The position numbers and the translations under genes were made by a program. Of a stretch of DNA of 64,000 bases, positions 39,170 through 49,590 are shown piece after piece. Origin of the DNA: Syntrophaceae bacterium. GTDB lineage: Bacteria > Desulfobacterota > Syntrophia > Syntrophales > Smithellaceae. The DNA lies in the NCBI GenBank assembly GCA_016927935.1, contig JAFGLS010000239.1, positions 4,390 to 68,389 of the forward strand, in the 5' to 3' direction. The notes beneath the pieces were generated by a model, which was given only the letters and a program-made list of their open reading frames with translations, ran no database searches and was not told where the DNA came from. How positions within the stretch are numbered: the first letter of the stretch is position 1; each line of letters starts with the position of its first letter.

Positions 39170-39285
39170 AGAGTGCTTTCCGTTAAGAATCGGCGAAATT
39201 GTTCTGAAAATAATATGATTTCCCGTATTTGGGAATTATAAACTCAAAACATTTAAAGTCAATATATTTGAATCAGAAATTACCC

Positions 39286-41766
39286 TCAATATCCACTACG
39301 CACAAATGTATTGATAAGAAGATTTTTTCCGTTTGTCTTAAAAGTTACCGCACCATCTTCATTTGTGCGAAAAATCTTCACACCCGCATTCCTGTATCGT
39401 TGGAGAACTGACGGGTGAGGGTGCCTGAACATATTTGATTCCCCGGCACTTACAACAGCATAACGGCAGGCAACGGCTTTAATGAATTCATTGCTGCTGG
39501 AGTGATTGGACCCGTGATGAGGGACCACCAACACGTCACTTTTTAAATCGGCACCGGATTTAATGAGTTTTTTTTCAATGGCGGCTGAAATATCGCCCGG
39601 TATAAGAAAGCTCATTTTCCCGAAAGTTATCTTTAAAACCACGGACGAATTATTCACATCACCATCAGAAAGATTTTTAATTTTTTTAAAGTAATTATTA
39701 TCCGGCCATAATACCTTAACTCTGACACCGTTAATTATTTTTGGGGGTAATTTATTGGAAATTAAAAAAACTTTTATATTATTGAGTTTGATGGTTTCTC
39801 TCCATTGAGGATAAACATCTGAATCAACGTGTAAAATATTTTTCCATACTTGACTAACTTTAAAATTATTTAAAATGTAAATCAGCCCCAGTAAATGATC
39901 GGGATCAGGGTGACTGAGCACAGCGGTAGAAATTTTACTTATTCTCATTTTGTACAGGAAAGGAGCGACTACACATTTTCCTACATCAAAAGAACAATTC
40001 AAGAAACCACCACCGTCAATAAGCATGTTTTCCCCTTTGGGAAACTGTACTAAAGTAGAATTCCCCTGTCCCACATCAATAATTGTAATTTGTAAGTCAG
40101 ATGATAATTTGTCTTTGAATATAAAGTAAGTTATATCCGCTGCGAAAAACAAAACCACAAAAATCAATAAATATTTTATTGCTGTAAATCGGAATGGAGA
40201 AAATTCATCTTTTATATTTCTTTTTTTCTTTTCATCAATCAATCGAATAACAAGAAAGATTAATAAATAAAAGGCAGCTATTTCGATCATATTAGGTTTA
40301 ATCAAAGATATGGATGAGAAGGGGAGGGCCGCCAATTTGCTTATTATAGTTATTGATACTTGTGTAAAAAAGGTAGCCAGTTGAACAAAAAAACCGGAAA
40401 TCACCGGGGAGAAAGAGAAGAGGATAAAAAACATAGATACGGCAAGCGTAAGAGTTCCCAAAAGAGGAACCGCAATAATATTGGCAATGATTGCCACACA
40501 AGATACGCGGTGAAAGTAGTAAATTATTAAAGGAAGGGTTCCTATAGTTGCCGCAATGCATACAATAATAGTCAGGTATGTATATCGGATAATGCTTTGT
40601 ATCCAAAAAGGAAGAATAGAAATCTTTTCCGGGAGAGAATTGCTAAAACGAGGAACTATAAAAATTATAGCCAGAACGGACATGAAAGAAAGTTGGAAAG
40701 AAATATCAAAGAGAGCCTCGGGAGAAATAACCAGGATAATCAAACCGGCAAGTGCCAGGGTATTATAAAGATCATTTTGTTTCCCAAAGAGAAGAGCTGA
40801 CAAAAAGATAAATGCCATAAGTGTCGCCCGCATTACAGGAATTCCCATCCCCGCAATTAATGCATAAATAACTATAATTAAAAACGCGGCAGTTACGGCC
40901 AGTTTTATTATATTGAATTTGAGCATCAAATATTCGGACGATTTTAAAATAAGAAAAATTAATAAAAAAAATGTCGCCCCTACCATTCCAATATGCAGGC
41001 CGGAGATGGAAAGTATGTGTGAAATTCCTGTTTTATTAAAAATGTCCCGCACATCAGGAGGAATTTCATTCTTATTGCCGAGAGTCATTGCTTCAATTAT
41101 TTCCTTCTCCGGCGAAAGAGAGTTTTTTTGAATTAATTGCTTTAAGTAAATTCTAAAGGATTCTAATTTCAATCTTATGATATGAGCGGCATTTTTTCTG
41201 AGAAGAATAATTTCCGAACTGTCTTTGATATAACCGGAAACGTAAATTCCCTGAAGATTCATGAAGCGCTCATAGTTAAAACATCCGGGATTCTGGAAAT
41301 TATTTATTTTCTTTAATGATGAGCGAAAACGAACAAAATCACCGTACTGAAAATCCAGGTTGTTTGGAATTGTCAAACGTATGGTTCCTGATGTTGGAAT
41401 ATATGATGTATCTTGCCTAATGCGTATACATTGCAATATTAAAACATTTTTATCCGGATAGGAGATGGATGGTTCGATGACAATGCCTTCTATAGAAATC
41501 TTGCCTTGGTCAATGTAGTTTATTACATTTTGTTCGTTTTTCAGAAAAAAGTTTTGTTTCTGTATATTGAAAAAGCCCAAGAGAAAAATAAAACTGATTA
41601 GAAAAATAAATCCGGTTGTAATCCATTTCTTCCTAATACTCAGTAAAACGAACAGAACAATTAAAGTGGAGGCAATTAACATTATGCAAGACGAGACTGT
41701 GAAATAACTGCCGACAACGATACCTGCCGTCAATGAAATTAAAATATAGATTAATGGCCTATGCAT
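39286..41766 (-). CDS. comEC: DNA internalization competence protein ComEC/Rec2
   Basis: G.SH...ISGLH, SFQLSF, DVGQG, SHPDPDH, PHHGS, HPH motifs. Confidence 0.95.
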   Translation of the reverse strand: MHRPLIYILISLTAGIVVGSYFTVSSCIMLIASTLIVLFVLLSIRKKWITTGFIFLISFIFLLGFFNIQKQNFFLKNEQNVINYIDQGKISIEGIVIEPSISYPDKNVLILQCIRIRQDTSYIPTSGTIRLTIPNNLDFQYGDFVRFRSSLKKINNFQNPGCFNYERFMNLQGIYVSGYIKDSSEIILLRKNAAHIIRLKLESFRIYLKQLIQKNSLSPEKEIIEAMTLGNKNEIPPDVRDIFNKTGISHILSISGLHIGMVGATFFLLIFLILKSSEYLMLKFNIIKLAVTAAFLIIVIYALIAGMGIPVMRATLMAFIFLSALLFGKQNDLYNTLALAGLIILVISPEALFDISFQLSFMSVLAIIFIVPRFSNSLPEKISILPFWIQSIIRYTYLTIIVCIAATIGTLPLIIYYFHRVSCVAIIANIIAVPLLGTLTLAVSMFFILFSFSPVISGFFVQLATFFTQVSITIISKLAALPFSSISLIKPNMIEIAAFYLLIFLVIRLIDEKKKRNIKDEFSPFRFTAIKYLLIFVVLFFAADITYFIFKDKLSSDLQITIIDVGQGNSTLVQFPKGENMLIDGGGFLNCSFDVGKCVVAPFLYKMRISKISTAVLSHPDPDHLLGLIYILNNFKVSQVWKNILHVDSDVYPQWRETIKLNNIKVFLISNKLPPKIINGVRVKVLWPDNNYFKKIKNLSDGDVNNSSVVLKITFGKMSFLIPGDISAAIEKKLIKSGADLKSDVLVVPHHGSNHSSSNEFIKAVACRYAVVSAGESNMFRHPHPSVLQRYRNAGVKIFRTNEDGAVTFKTNGKNLLINTFVRSGY

Positions 41767-41866
41767 TTTATTTATTGAGTGTATAACCTAATTTTTTAAT
41801 TTTATTAGCCAAAACTTTCAAAATATTATAATATAAAAAAAATAAGCTTTCTTATAAAAAGGAGCA

Positions 41867-43552
41867 ATGATGTCTGCGGTTACTGAAGATATTTTGTCAA
41901 AAGAAAAAAATACGCGACGTATCTTTTATCTGACCATATCAAGAATTATCTTAGTAACAATTATTCTGACTATAACTGTTTATATTGATATAAGAAAAGA
42001 TTTATTTGCAATATCAGATATAATTCTCAGCTTTTTTTATATTATAGTTGCCATAATTTATTTGTTTTCAGTCATTTATGCTTTTCTTTATAAATTAAAA
42101 GTCAATTACAAGAAAAACATATATTTGCAGGTAACAGTAGATCTCATTATGGTTACCTTTCTTATATTAATGTTTGGAAACACGCAGATTGATTTTTCTC
42201 TTTTTTACACACTCATAATAGTTTATTCCACAATCTTTCTTGGTCGCAAGGGAAGTATATTTATCGCTTCGATTGCCAGTATATTATATGGTCTTTTTCT
42301 CAATATCGAAGTTTATAATTTAATGCCATCTTTTCCTATTGTTCACTATGATCGCAATCTCCATACCGCTGATGCCCTTACTAATCTTATAGTGCGTATC
42401 ACGTCTTTTTATTTTGTAGCTTTTTTGGCAAGTTTTATAGTGGAGCAGGAAAAGAAGACGGCATCCTTATTGGAAGAGAAAGAATCGGAATTTAATCAGT
42501 TGGATTTGCTTTTCCGCAGTATTGTTGAGTCGGTTTACACAGGAGTTATGACTGTTAATTTAAATAACATAATAAAGACTTTTAATAAAGCTGCGGAAGA
42601 GATTACCGGATTTTCACGTTTGAAAATCGAAAACAGAAAGATTGATGAATATTTTCCGGAGTTTCTGCCTTTTTTAAAAGAAGAAGTCATTGAAGAACAA
42701 AGTAAAACAAGAATAGAAATTGTAACGAAAGGAAAAAAAGGCAATAAGATTAATTTAGGATTGTCGATATCGCCTCTGAAAGGAAAAAGCGAAAATCAAA
42801 TCGGATATATTTTAATTTTTCAAGACATAACTCAAATCAAGCAAATGGAAAAGGCTCTCGAACAAAGCAGGCACATGGCACTGATTGGGGAAATGGCGTC
42901 CGGTTGGATTCATGAGGTAAGAAATCCGTTGGCTGCAATAACCGGTTCCGTAGAGCTTTTAAAAAAAGGATTAGCCCTGGAAGGTACTAATAAACGCCTT
43001 ATGGAAATAATTTTGCGCAGTAAAGACCAGATTGAAAATTTTACCCGCGATTTTTTATTACTGGCGCGTCCCGTTACAAAATCAAATGAATTGGTCGATA
43101 TGAAAAAAGTTGTTGAAGAGGTCATAGAACAAGTGAAATTTAATGAAGAGTGGACAGATGAAATAAAAATCGAAAAGGCGATTTCAGATAATGTTCAAGT
43201 CTATGCGAATAAAGAACATGTGTGGCAAATTATAAGCAACATTATTTTAAATTCCATTCAGGCTATGGAAAAAGGAGGAGTTTTGTCTGTTGCAACTCAA
43301 ACTATTAAAAAAGATGATGGAAACGAATATGCTGAAATAAAAATATCGGATACCGGATGCGGTATAAAGGAAGATGATTTTAATAAGATATTCGATCCAT
43401 TTTTCACAAACAAATCTAAAGGCATAGGATTGGGGTTGTCTATTGTTAACCATATTATTGATGGATATAAGGGAAAAATTAAAATAGAAAGCACGGTAAA
43501 TAGGGGAACAACTTGCCGGGTATGGTTCCCTGTAAAAAAAGAAGCAATGTAA
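41867..43552 (+). CDS. PilS-like membrane sensor histidine kinase
   Basis: Six TMs, PAS, HEVRNPL, HATPase domain. Confidence 0.88.
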   Translation: MMSAVTEDILSKEKNTRRIFYLTISRIILVTIILTITVYIDIRKDLFAISDIILSFFYIIVAIIYLFSVIYAFLYKLKVNYKKNIYLQVTVDLIMVTFLILMFGNTQIDFSLFYTLIIVYSTIFLGRKGSIFIASIASILYGLFLNIEVYNLMPSFPIVHYDRNLHTADALTNLIVRITSFYFVAFLASFIVEQEKKTASLLEEKESEFNQLDLLFRSIVESVYTGVMTVNLNNIIKTFNKAAEEITGFSRLKIENRKIDEYFPEFLPFLKEEVIEEQSKTRIEIVTKGKKGNKINLGLSISPLKGKSENQIGYILIFQDITQIKQMEKALEQSRHMALIGEMASGWIHEVRNPLAAITGSVELLKKGLALEGTNKRLMEIILRSKDQIENFTRDFLLLARPVTKSNELVDMKKVVEEVIEQVKFNEEWTDEIKIEKAISDNVQVYANKEHVWQIISNIILNSIQAMEKGGVLSVATQTIKKDDGNEYAEIKISDTGCGIKEDDFNKIFDPFFTNKSKGIGLGLSIVNHIIDGYKGKIKIESTVNRGTTCRVWFPVKKEAM

Positions 43553-43580
43553 GAATTATTGTCATTAATGGGGGAATAAT

Positions 43581-44945
43581 ATGGCGAAAATTTTAGTCGT
43601 TGATGATGATCCGGGGGTAAGGGAACTGACGGAAATAATGCTTCAACAGGAAGGCCATAAGGTAAGCAGCGCATCAGAGCCTATTAAAGCGATTGACTTA
43701 TGCTGCAAGACAGATTTCGATTTGATTATCACAGACTTAAAAATGCCTAAAATGGATGGGATTGAATTTCTCAAAAAAATTAAAGACCAAAGACCGGAAG
43801 CAACAGTCATTCTTATAACGGCTTTTGCTTCTCCGGAAACAGCTTTAAGCGCCATGAAAGAAGATGCTTATGATTATGTGGAAAAAGGAAAGGATTGGCA
43901 GGATGAACTTAAAAAAATTGTGCGTTCAGCCCTCCAGAAAAAGGGGTTAGATGCAAATATTAATCCTGAAGAAGAAAATGGAGAAGTTTCGCCTTCGGTA
44001 AATGAATTTTGTGGAATGCTCAGCATAAACAGGGAAATGTTTAAGATATTCGAGACGATAAAAAAAGTTGCCGATACTTCGACAAATATTCTGATCTTGG
44101 GAGAAAGCGGAACAGGCAAAGAACTTGTGGCCAGAGCTATTCATGAAAATTCTTCACGTTCAAAGATGCCTTTCGTAGCCATCAACAGCGGTGGAATACC
44201 GGAGAATCTTCTGGAAAGCGAACTTTTCGGATATATGAAGGGTTCCTTTACCGGAGCTTACGCTGACAGACAAGGATTTTTTGAGATGGCGAAAGGAGGA
44301 ACAATATTTTTTGATGAAATAGGCGAATTGTCACCGTCTTTACAGGTCAAGCTCTTGAGGGTTGTGCAGGAAAAAACATTCCGGCGCATAGGTGGGGCGG
44401 AAGATATTAAGGTTGATGTACGAATAATTTCAGCGACAAATAAGAATTTGCAGGAAAGAGTGAAAAATGGAGAATTTCGTGAAGACCTTTATTACCGTTT
44501 GAATGTCATACCTATTTATATACCTCCATTGAGGGAGAGAAGAGAGGATATTCCTCTGCTTATAAACATTTTTATAGAAAAGTACTCGCAATTGCTGGAT
44601 AAGGAAATAAGAAATATTTCTTCTTACGCGATGGAATTATTGATGAATTATGATTTTCCGGGAAACATTCGCGAATTGCAAAATATTATTGAACGCGGTG
44701 TTGCCATGGAAAGTTCCAATATAATCCTTCCGGAGAGCTTGACAATCGGTATTCCCAAATTTGATATTGATATTTCTGACAGCGGAATAGATCTGAATGC
44801 TGAACTGGACAAAATCGAAAAATTGCTGATCGAAAAAGCTTTGCAGAAAACAAAAGGCTCAAAAAAGAAAGCGGCGGAGTTATTGAAGATTACTTTTGAT
44901 TCATTACGACACAGGATCGAAAAACTTGATATTGATAAGAATTAA
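43581..44945 (+). CDS. PilR-like sigma54-dependent response regulator
   Basis: REC domain, GESGTGKE, GSFTGA, FREDLYYRL, Fis-type HTH. Confidence 0.92.
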   Translation: MAKILVVDDDPGVRELTEIMLQQEGHKVSSASEPIKAIDLCCKTDFDLIITDLKMPKMDGIEFLKKIKDQRPEATVILITAFASPETALSAMKEDAYDYVEKGKDWQDELKKIVRSALQKKGLDANINPEEENGEVSPSVNEFCGMLSINREMFKIFETIKKVADTSTNILILGESGTGKELVARAIHENSSRSKMPFVAINSGGIPENLLESELFGYMKGSFTGAYADRQGFFEMAKGGTIFFDEIGELSPSLQVKLLRVVQEKTFRRIGGAEDIKVDVRIISATNKNLQERVKNGEFREDLYYRLNVIPIYIPPLRERREDIPLLINIFIEKYSQLLDKEIRNISSYAMELLMNYDFPGNIRELQNIIERGVAMESSNIILPESLTIGIPKFDIDISDSGIDLNAELDKIEKLLIEKALQKTKGSKKKAAELLKITFDSLRHRIEKLDIDKN

Positions 44946-45139
44946 TTAGACCCGGATTTCAGAAGTGCATAACCTAAATATCCTAAAGGGCACTATAGGG
45001 GCACTGAAGTTTTATAGCCAAATTATTTAGGCTGTTGGAAATTATCCCGCACAGCGGTATAATATATTCATAAGTTTCTTTTTACTTGACTTTTTGATGA
45101 TATTTACTCTATATGCATCTGACAAAAGGTAACAGGAAA

Positions 45140-45223
45140 ATGCTGGAAAATATTTCTTTAAAAAGGGCAGTATTCTTTTATTTTTTTAGTTTTATTAATA
45201 GGGTCTGCCAAAGAGATTCATGA
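45140..45223 (+). CDS. Putative Phe-rich attenuator leader peptide (27 aa)
   Basis: MLENISLKRAVFFYFFSFINRVCQRDS, with 5 Phe and 1 Tyr in 7 codons, ending 18 nt before a terminator. Confidence 0.7.
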   Translation: MLENISLKRAVFFYFFSFINRVCQRDS

Positions 45224-45276
45224 CCATTAACAGGGGAAATGAACCGTGGGCAGATAAAATCCCACGGTTTTTTTTT
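45203..45276 (+). promoter_or_regulatory. Transcription attenuator (antiterminator and terminator)
   Basis: Terminator AACCGTGGG/CCCACGGTT plus T9; GTCTGCC (45203-45209) can pair with GGCAGAT (45249-45255). Confidence 0.75.
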
Positions 45277-45332
45277 GCCACTGAGATGGCATTTTAAAAT
45301 TAAAAATAAATAAAAAGGGGAGGAAAATTCAA

Positions 45333-46541
45333 ATGAAAAGTAAAATTTTGATTTTAATTTTGTCAGTTGTTTTTTTGATGGGGGGAACGGGCAGTTTACA
45401 AGCCAAAACTATCAAGGTTGGAGCTGCTATTAATCTTACAGGCCCTGCGTCAACATGGGGGCAGTTTCATGAAAAAGGTCAACGTGATTATTTCCGTTAT
45501 GTGAATGAAGTAAAGGGTGGTGTTTATGGCAACAAGATTAAAATGATTACTGTTGATACAGCCTACAAAGTGCCCGAAGCAATTGCCGCTGTGAAAAAAT
45601 TTGTTTTACAGGATAATGTTGATATTATCGCAACGTGGAGTGCGGGTGAAGGTTTAGCTGCCAAACCAATAATTCAGGAATATAAAGTGCCGACTATCAA
45701 TTATTCAACCAGTTGGGAAATTTTGGAGAAGCCGGTCGATTATATATATCTTCCTTTCGGAAGTTACAAAATGGATTGTCACGCCATATTGGAATATATT
45801 AAAGCTATTCATAAAGGCAAGGAAGCCCCCAAAGTTGGTCTTTTAACATACAACAACGCTTATGGTCGTTCTATTCATGCTCCGAGCAAAGAATACGCTA
45901 AGCAACTTGGCATAAATCTGGTGGCAGTAGAAGAATTTCCAGCTAAAACAGTTGATCTAAACACGGAACTTCTTCGTCTGCAAAAAGCCGGCGCCGAATA
46001 TGTATTTATGCAGATGCTGCCTTCTGCTATAATTACCGCTTTTAAAAGCGCTGATCGTATAAATTACACCCCGGTTTTTCTGGGAACATGGACATCAACT
46101 GATCCTGATTTTTTCAAAATGGGCAAAGGCTTGATTCGCGACCGCCTGATTATGCAATTTCCAGGCGGATTGCCTTCAGATAAAGATTCCAGTGGCATCA
46201 AAGTGATGCAGGAATTGTGGAAAAGATACAAGACAGTCAATTCTTTTGATGCTTCTTACTGGGAAGGTGTTGTTGTCGGCATGATTATGGAACGCGCCTT
46301 CAAGCGTGCCTATGAAATGAGTAAGAATAAAAATATTAATCCGCAAACTGTAAATGCCGCGCTGGAATCATTCAAAAATGAAGATTTCGGCGGTTTGGTG
46401 CCTTCAATAACATATACTAAAGACGATCATGGAGCGTCTTTCACCGCGCGAATGGTTAAGGTTAAAGAAGATGGGACTTATATTCCACTAACGAATTTCT
46501 ATATTCCAGGTAAAGACAAAATAAAATTATTGAATATGTAG
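45333..46541 (+). CDS. ABC transporter substrate-binding protein (LivK/HAAT family)
   Basis: Signal peptide; IKVG...LTGP...G...N..GGV.G type I PBP pattern. Confidence 0.92.
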   Translation: MKSKILILILSVVFLMGGTGSLQAKTIKVGAAINLTGPASTWGQFHEKGQRDYFRYVNEVKGGVYGNKIKMITVDTAYKVPEAIAAVKKFVLQDNVDIIATWSAGEGLAAKPIIQEYKVPTINYSTSWEILEKPVDYIYLPFGSYKMDCHAILEYIKAIHKGKEAPKVGLLTYNNAYGRSIHAPSKEYAKQLGINLVAVEEFPAKTVDLNTELLRLQKAGAEYVFMQMLPSAIITAFKSADRINYTPVFLGTWTSTDPDFFKMGKGLIRDRLIMQFPGGLPSDKDSSGIKVMQELWKRYKTVNSFDASYWEGVVVGMIMERAFKRAYEMSKNKNINPQTVNAALESFKNEDFGGLVPSITYTKDDHGASFTARMVKVKEDGTYIPLTNFYIPGKDKIKLLNM

Positions 46542-46551
46542 AGGCATGTAA

Positions 46552-46673
46552 ACCCCGTTAGAAAGTGTTCAACCTTCCAACGGGTAGGCGAACAAGGGGT
46601 ATTACTCTTCCGTGTTCTCTGAAAAAGGAAGACTCATTATAACGCTGCTTACAGCGGGGCTTTCTAACGGGGT
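46552..46673. mobile_element. MITE-like element with 14-bp terminal inverted repeats
   Basis: ACCCCGTTAGAAAG ... CTTTCTAACGGGGT, non-coding, intergenic. Confidence 0.7.
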
Positions 46674-46701
46674 AAAGTCAAGATATTATGAAGAGGTTTT
46701 G

Positions 46702-47529
46702 ATGAAGGCTTTTCGCAGCCGGCCCTCCATCATGATTAACCGGCGGGATGAAGATAAAAAAGCTGAGCTGGAAATTTGTAATTTAAGATTAAGTTTTGGC
46801 GGAGTTGTTGCCGTAAAGGATGTTGACCTCGAGGTTCATACCGGCGAGTTGATGGCCATTATCGGCCCGAACGGAGCGGGCAAAACGAGTCTTCTTAATT
46901 GTATAACAGGTTTTTACAGGGCTCAGCAGGGTAAAATAACATTCAACGGAAAAGACATAACAAATTTGCCTACCCATGAACTGGTCGGTGTGGGTATCGG
47001 AAGAACATTTCAGAACATAGAGTTGTTCCCGGGCATGACTGTTCTGGCTAATATGACACTGGCCAGGCACATCCATTGCCAATACAGTTTTATCAAGTCC
47101 TTCTTTTTTTCCGGTTCCGTCAGGGAAGAAGAAATTCGTCACCGACAGATTCTTGAAGAAATAATAGATTTTCTGGAAATGCAGTCCATCAGAAAAAAGA
47201 CCGTTGGCTCGCTGCCGTACGGGATGATGAAAAGAGTGGAATTTGGCCGGGCCCTGGCTCTGGAGCCCAGGCTGATGATTCTGGACGAGCCCTTTGCCGG
47301 AATGAATATGGAAGAAAAGGAGGATATGGTTCGCTTTCTGCTGGAACTTAATCAAAGATGGGGGCTCACGATAATTCTGGTCGAGCATGATATGTCCGTT
47401 GTTATGAGTATTTCCCAGAGAATAATGGTTTTGAATTTCGGAGAAAAAATAACAGAGGGTGCTGCTGAAGAGATTAGCGTTAATCCTGAAGTAATCAAGG
47501 CTTATTTGGGAGAAGCTGAAGCATTATAA
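46702..47529 (+). CDS. ABC transporter ATP-binding protein (LivG-like)
   Basis: GPNGAGKT, RTFQN, LDEP, EHDM, AYLG; start placed after the MITE. Confidence 0.92.
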   Translation: MKAFRSRPSIMINRRDEDKKAELEICNLRLSFGGVVAVKDVDLEVHTGELMAIIGPNGAGKTSLLNCITGFYRAQQGKITFNGKDITNLPTHELVGVGIGRTFQNIELFPGMTVLANMTLARHIHCQYSFIKSFFFSGSVREEEIRHRQILEEIIDFLEMQSIRKKTVGSLPYGMMKRVEFGRALALEPRLMILDEPFAGMNMEEKEDMVRFLLELNQRWGLTIILVEHDMSVVMSISQRIMVLNFGEKITEGAAEEISVNPEVIKAYLGEAEAL

Positions 47530-47544
47530 ATAAGGCGTTACATT

Positions 47545-49458
47545 TTGTATAAAGAAAATAGAAATAATATAACACTGCCTCAGTTGTTAATCGAAAATGC
47601 CGCTCTGTACGGTAATAGAAAAACGGCTATACGAGAAAAGGCATACGGCATATGGCAGAAATATAGTTGGGATGATTACTGCCGTTATGTGCGGAAAACG
47701 GCGGCAGGTTTTGCCTCGCTGAATCTTAAGCGTGGCGATAATGTCTGTATGATTGTTCATAATCATCCGGAGTGGCTTTTTGCGGAACTGGCAGCGCATG
47801 CCCTAGGCGCGACAACTCTTAATTTGTTTACCTCCTCTATTGCCGATGAACTGGCTTTTTCCATTAAACGTATTAATTCTCCCGTGGTTGTCGTTCAGGA
47901 TCAAGAACAGGTTGATAAACTTCTGGAGGCTAGAGAAAAGCTGTCCCAGACAAAAAAAGTTGTCTATATTGACCCGACAGGTATGACTTCATACGGTAAC
48001 GAGCCATGGCTGATCAGTTATGCCGAACTGCTTGAGATAGGCGAAAAATTTTTAAAAGAACATCCCGATTATATAGATGAAGAAATAAATAAAGGCCGTC
48101 CTGAAGATACCGCTGTCATGATTCAGACATCAGGAACAACCGGCGTTCCAAAACTGGCCATGTTATCGCACCGTAATCTTATTAATATGGCGGTACAATG
48201 GCTGGAGGAAACAAAAATAGAACCGGAAGAAAACTGGCTGTCCATGTCCCCTCCGGCGTGGATTGTTGATCAGATGTGGGGAATGGGAGTTGCTTTGAAA
48301 AGCGCTATGGTGATGAATTTTCCGGAAACAGCAGAAACTGTTCTGGAGGACTTCCGGGACATAGGTCCTTCAATGATTATTACCGCTTCACGTTTTTGGG
48401 AGGATATGGCCTCCCGCATACGCGTAAAAATATCCGATGCCGGCTGGGTGAAAAAGAAACTTTTTTATCTGGGTGAGAAAATCGGCAAATCCGTTGTAGA
48501 AAAGCAATCGAATAAACAGCCCATTCCGTTATTCCAGAGGGCTTTATATAAAACAATGTCCGTGTCCGTTTACAAGCCGCTTTTGGACCGAATAGGATGT
48601 GCTCATTTTCGCAGTGCCTTTACCGGAGGGCATCCTATCAGCCCCGATGTAATCCTTTTTTTCCGGGCTATCGGCCTTAATCTGAAGCAATGTTATGGAC
48701 TGACTGAGGCATGCGGTATATTTCAAATACAACCGGATGACAAGGTCAAACTGGAAACTGTCGGCAAACCTCTGCCGCTCACTGAAGTGACCATAGCTGA
48801 GGATCAGGAAGTGCTGGTTAAATCCGAGTCTAATTTTTACGGATACTATGACGATTATCAGTCAACTCAGAACGCATTTGAAAAAGGATGGCTGAAAACA
48901 GGCGATGCGGGGTACATTGACAGCGACGGGCATTTGCTCATAATCGGTCGTAAGGAAGATATTATCCGCAATAAAAGCGGCGAGGCTTTTTCACCCGACT
49001 TTATTGAAACACGTCTTAAATTTAGCCCGTATATTAAGGAAGCGGTTACTTTCGGCGAAGCTCGCCCTTACATTACCGCTATGATTAATATTGATATGGG
49101 TAATGTCGGCAACTGGGCTGAGGAAAGAATGATTCCATACACGACTTACATGGATTTGTCCCAACAATCGGCGGTGGAGGAATTGATTTTAAAGGAAATT
49201 ATCAGGGTCAACGAACAGCTTCCCGAAGTAATGAAAATTAAGAAATTTGTTCTTCTTTATAAACTTCTTGACGCGGATGATGAAGAACTGACACGCACGG
49301 GCAAGGTACGCCGCCGATTTGTTTACGGCTTATATATAAAGATTATTGAAGGGATGTACAGCGACCAGAAGAATATTGAGGTTACCGGTAAAGTCAAGTA
49401 CCGCGACGGAAGGGTAGGCGAAATAGAAACAACTATCAATATTATCAATGTGAGCTAA
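47545..49458 (+). CDS. Long-chain acyl-CoA synthetase-like AMP-binding protein
   Basis: TSGTTGVPK, YGLTE, TGDAG, ELTRTGKVRR motifs. Confidence 0.92.
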   Translation: MYKENRNNITLPQLLIENAALYGNRKTAIREKAYGIWQKYSWDDYCRYVRKTAAGFASLNLKRGDNVCMIVHNHPEWLFAELAAHALGATTLNLFTSSIADELAFSIKRINSPVVVVQDQEQVDKLLEAREKLSQTKKVVYIDPTGMTSYGNEPWLISYAELLEIGEKFLKEHPDYIDEEINKGRPEDTAVMIQTSGTTGVPKLAMLSHRNLINMAVQWLEETKIEPEENWLSMSPPAWIVDQMWGMGVALKSAMVMNFPETAETVLEDFRDIGPSMIITASRFWEDMASRIRVKISDAGWVKKKLFYLGEKIGKSVVEKQSNKQPIPLFQRALYKTMSVSVYKPLLDRIGCAHFRSAFTGGHPISPDVILFFRAIGLNLKQCYGLTEACGIFQIQPDDKVKLETVGKPLPLTEVTIAEDQEVLVKSESNFYGYYDDYQSTQNAFEKGWLKTGDAGYIDSDGHLLIIGRKEDIIRNKSGEAFSPDFIETRLKFSPYIKEAVTFGEARPYITAMINIDMGNVGNWAEERMIPYTTYMDLSQQSAVEELILKEIIRVNEQLPEVMKIKKFVLLYKLLDADDEELTRTGKVRRRFVYGLYIKIIEGMYSDQKNIEVTGKVKYRDGRVGEIETTINIINVS

Positions 49459-49481
49459 TAATGGTCTCATAAATTGCATTG

Positions 49482-49569
49482 GTCATGCCGGCGAAGGCCG
49501 GCATCCAGAAATAATTTAAACTGGTTCCCGGCCTTCGTAACCTGAAGGTCATCTACGACCGGAGAAGAC
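49482..49569. repeat. REP-like inverted pair
   Basis: GTCATGCCGGCGAAGGCCGGCATCCAG ... CTGGTTCCCGGCCTTCG...GAC. Confidence 0.65.
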
Positions 49570-49590
49570 GACTGACAAAGGAAATGATAC

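Noticed and set aside
46612-46701. N-terminal extension of the LivG-like ATPase
   Set aside because: It starts inside the MITE-like element.
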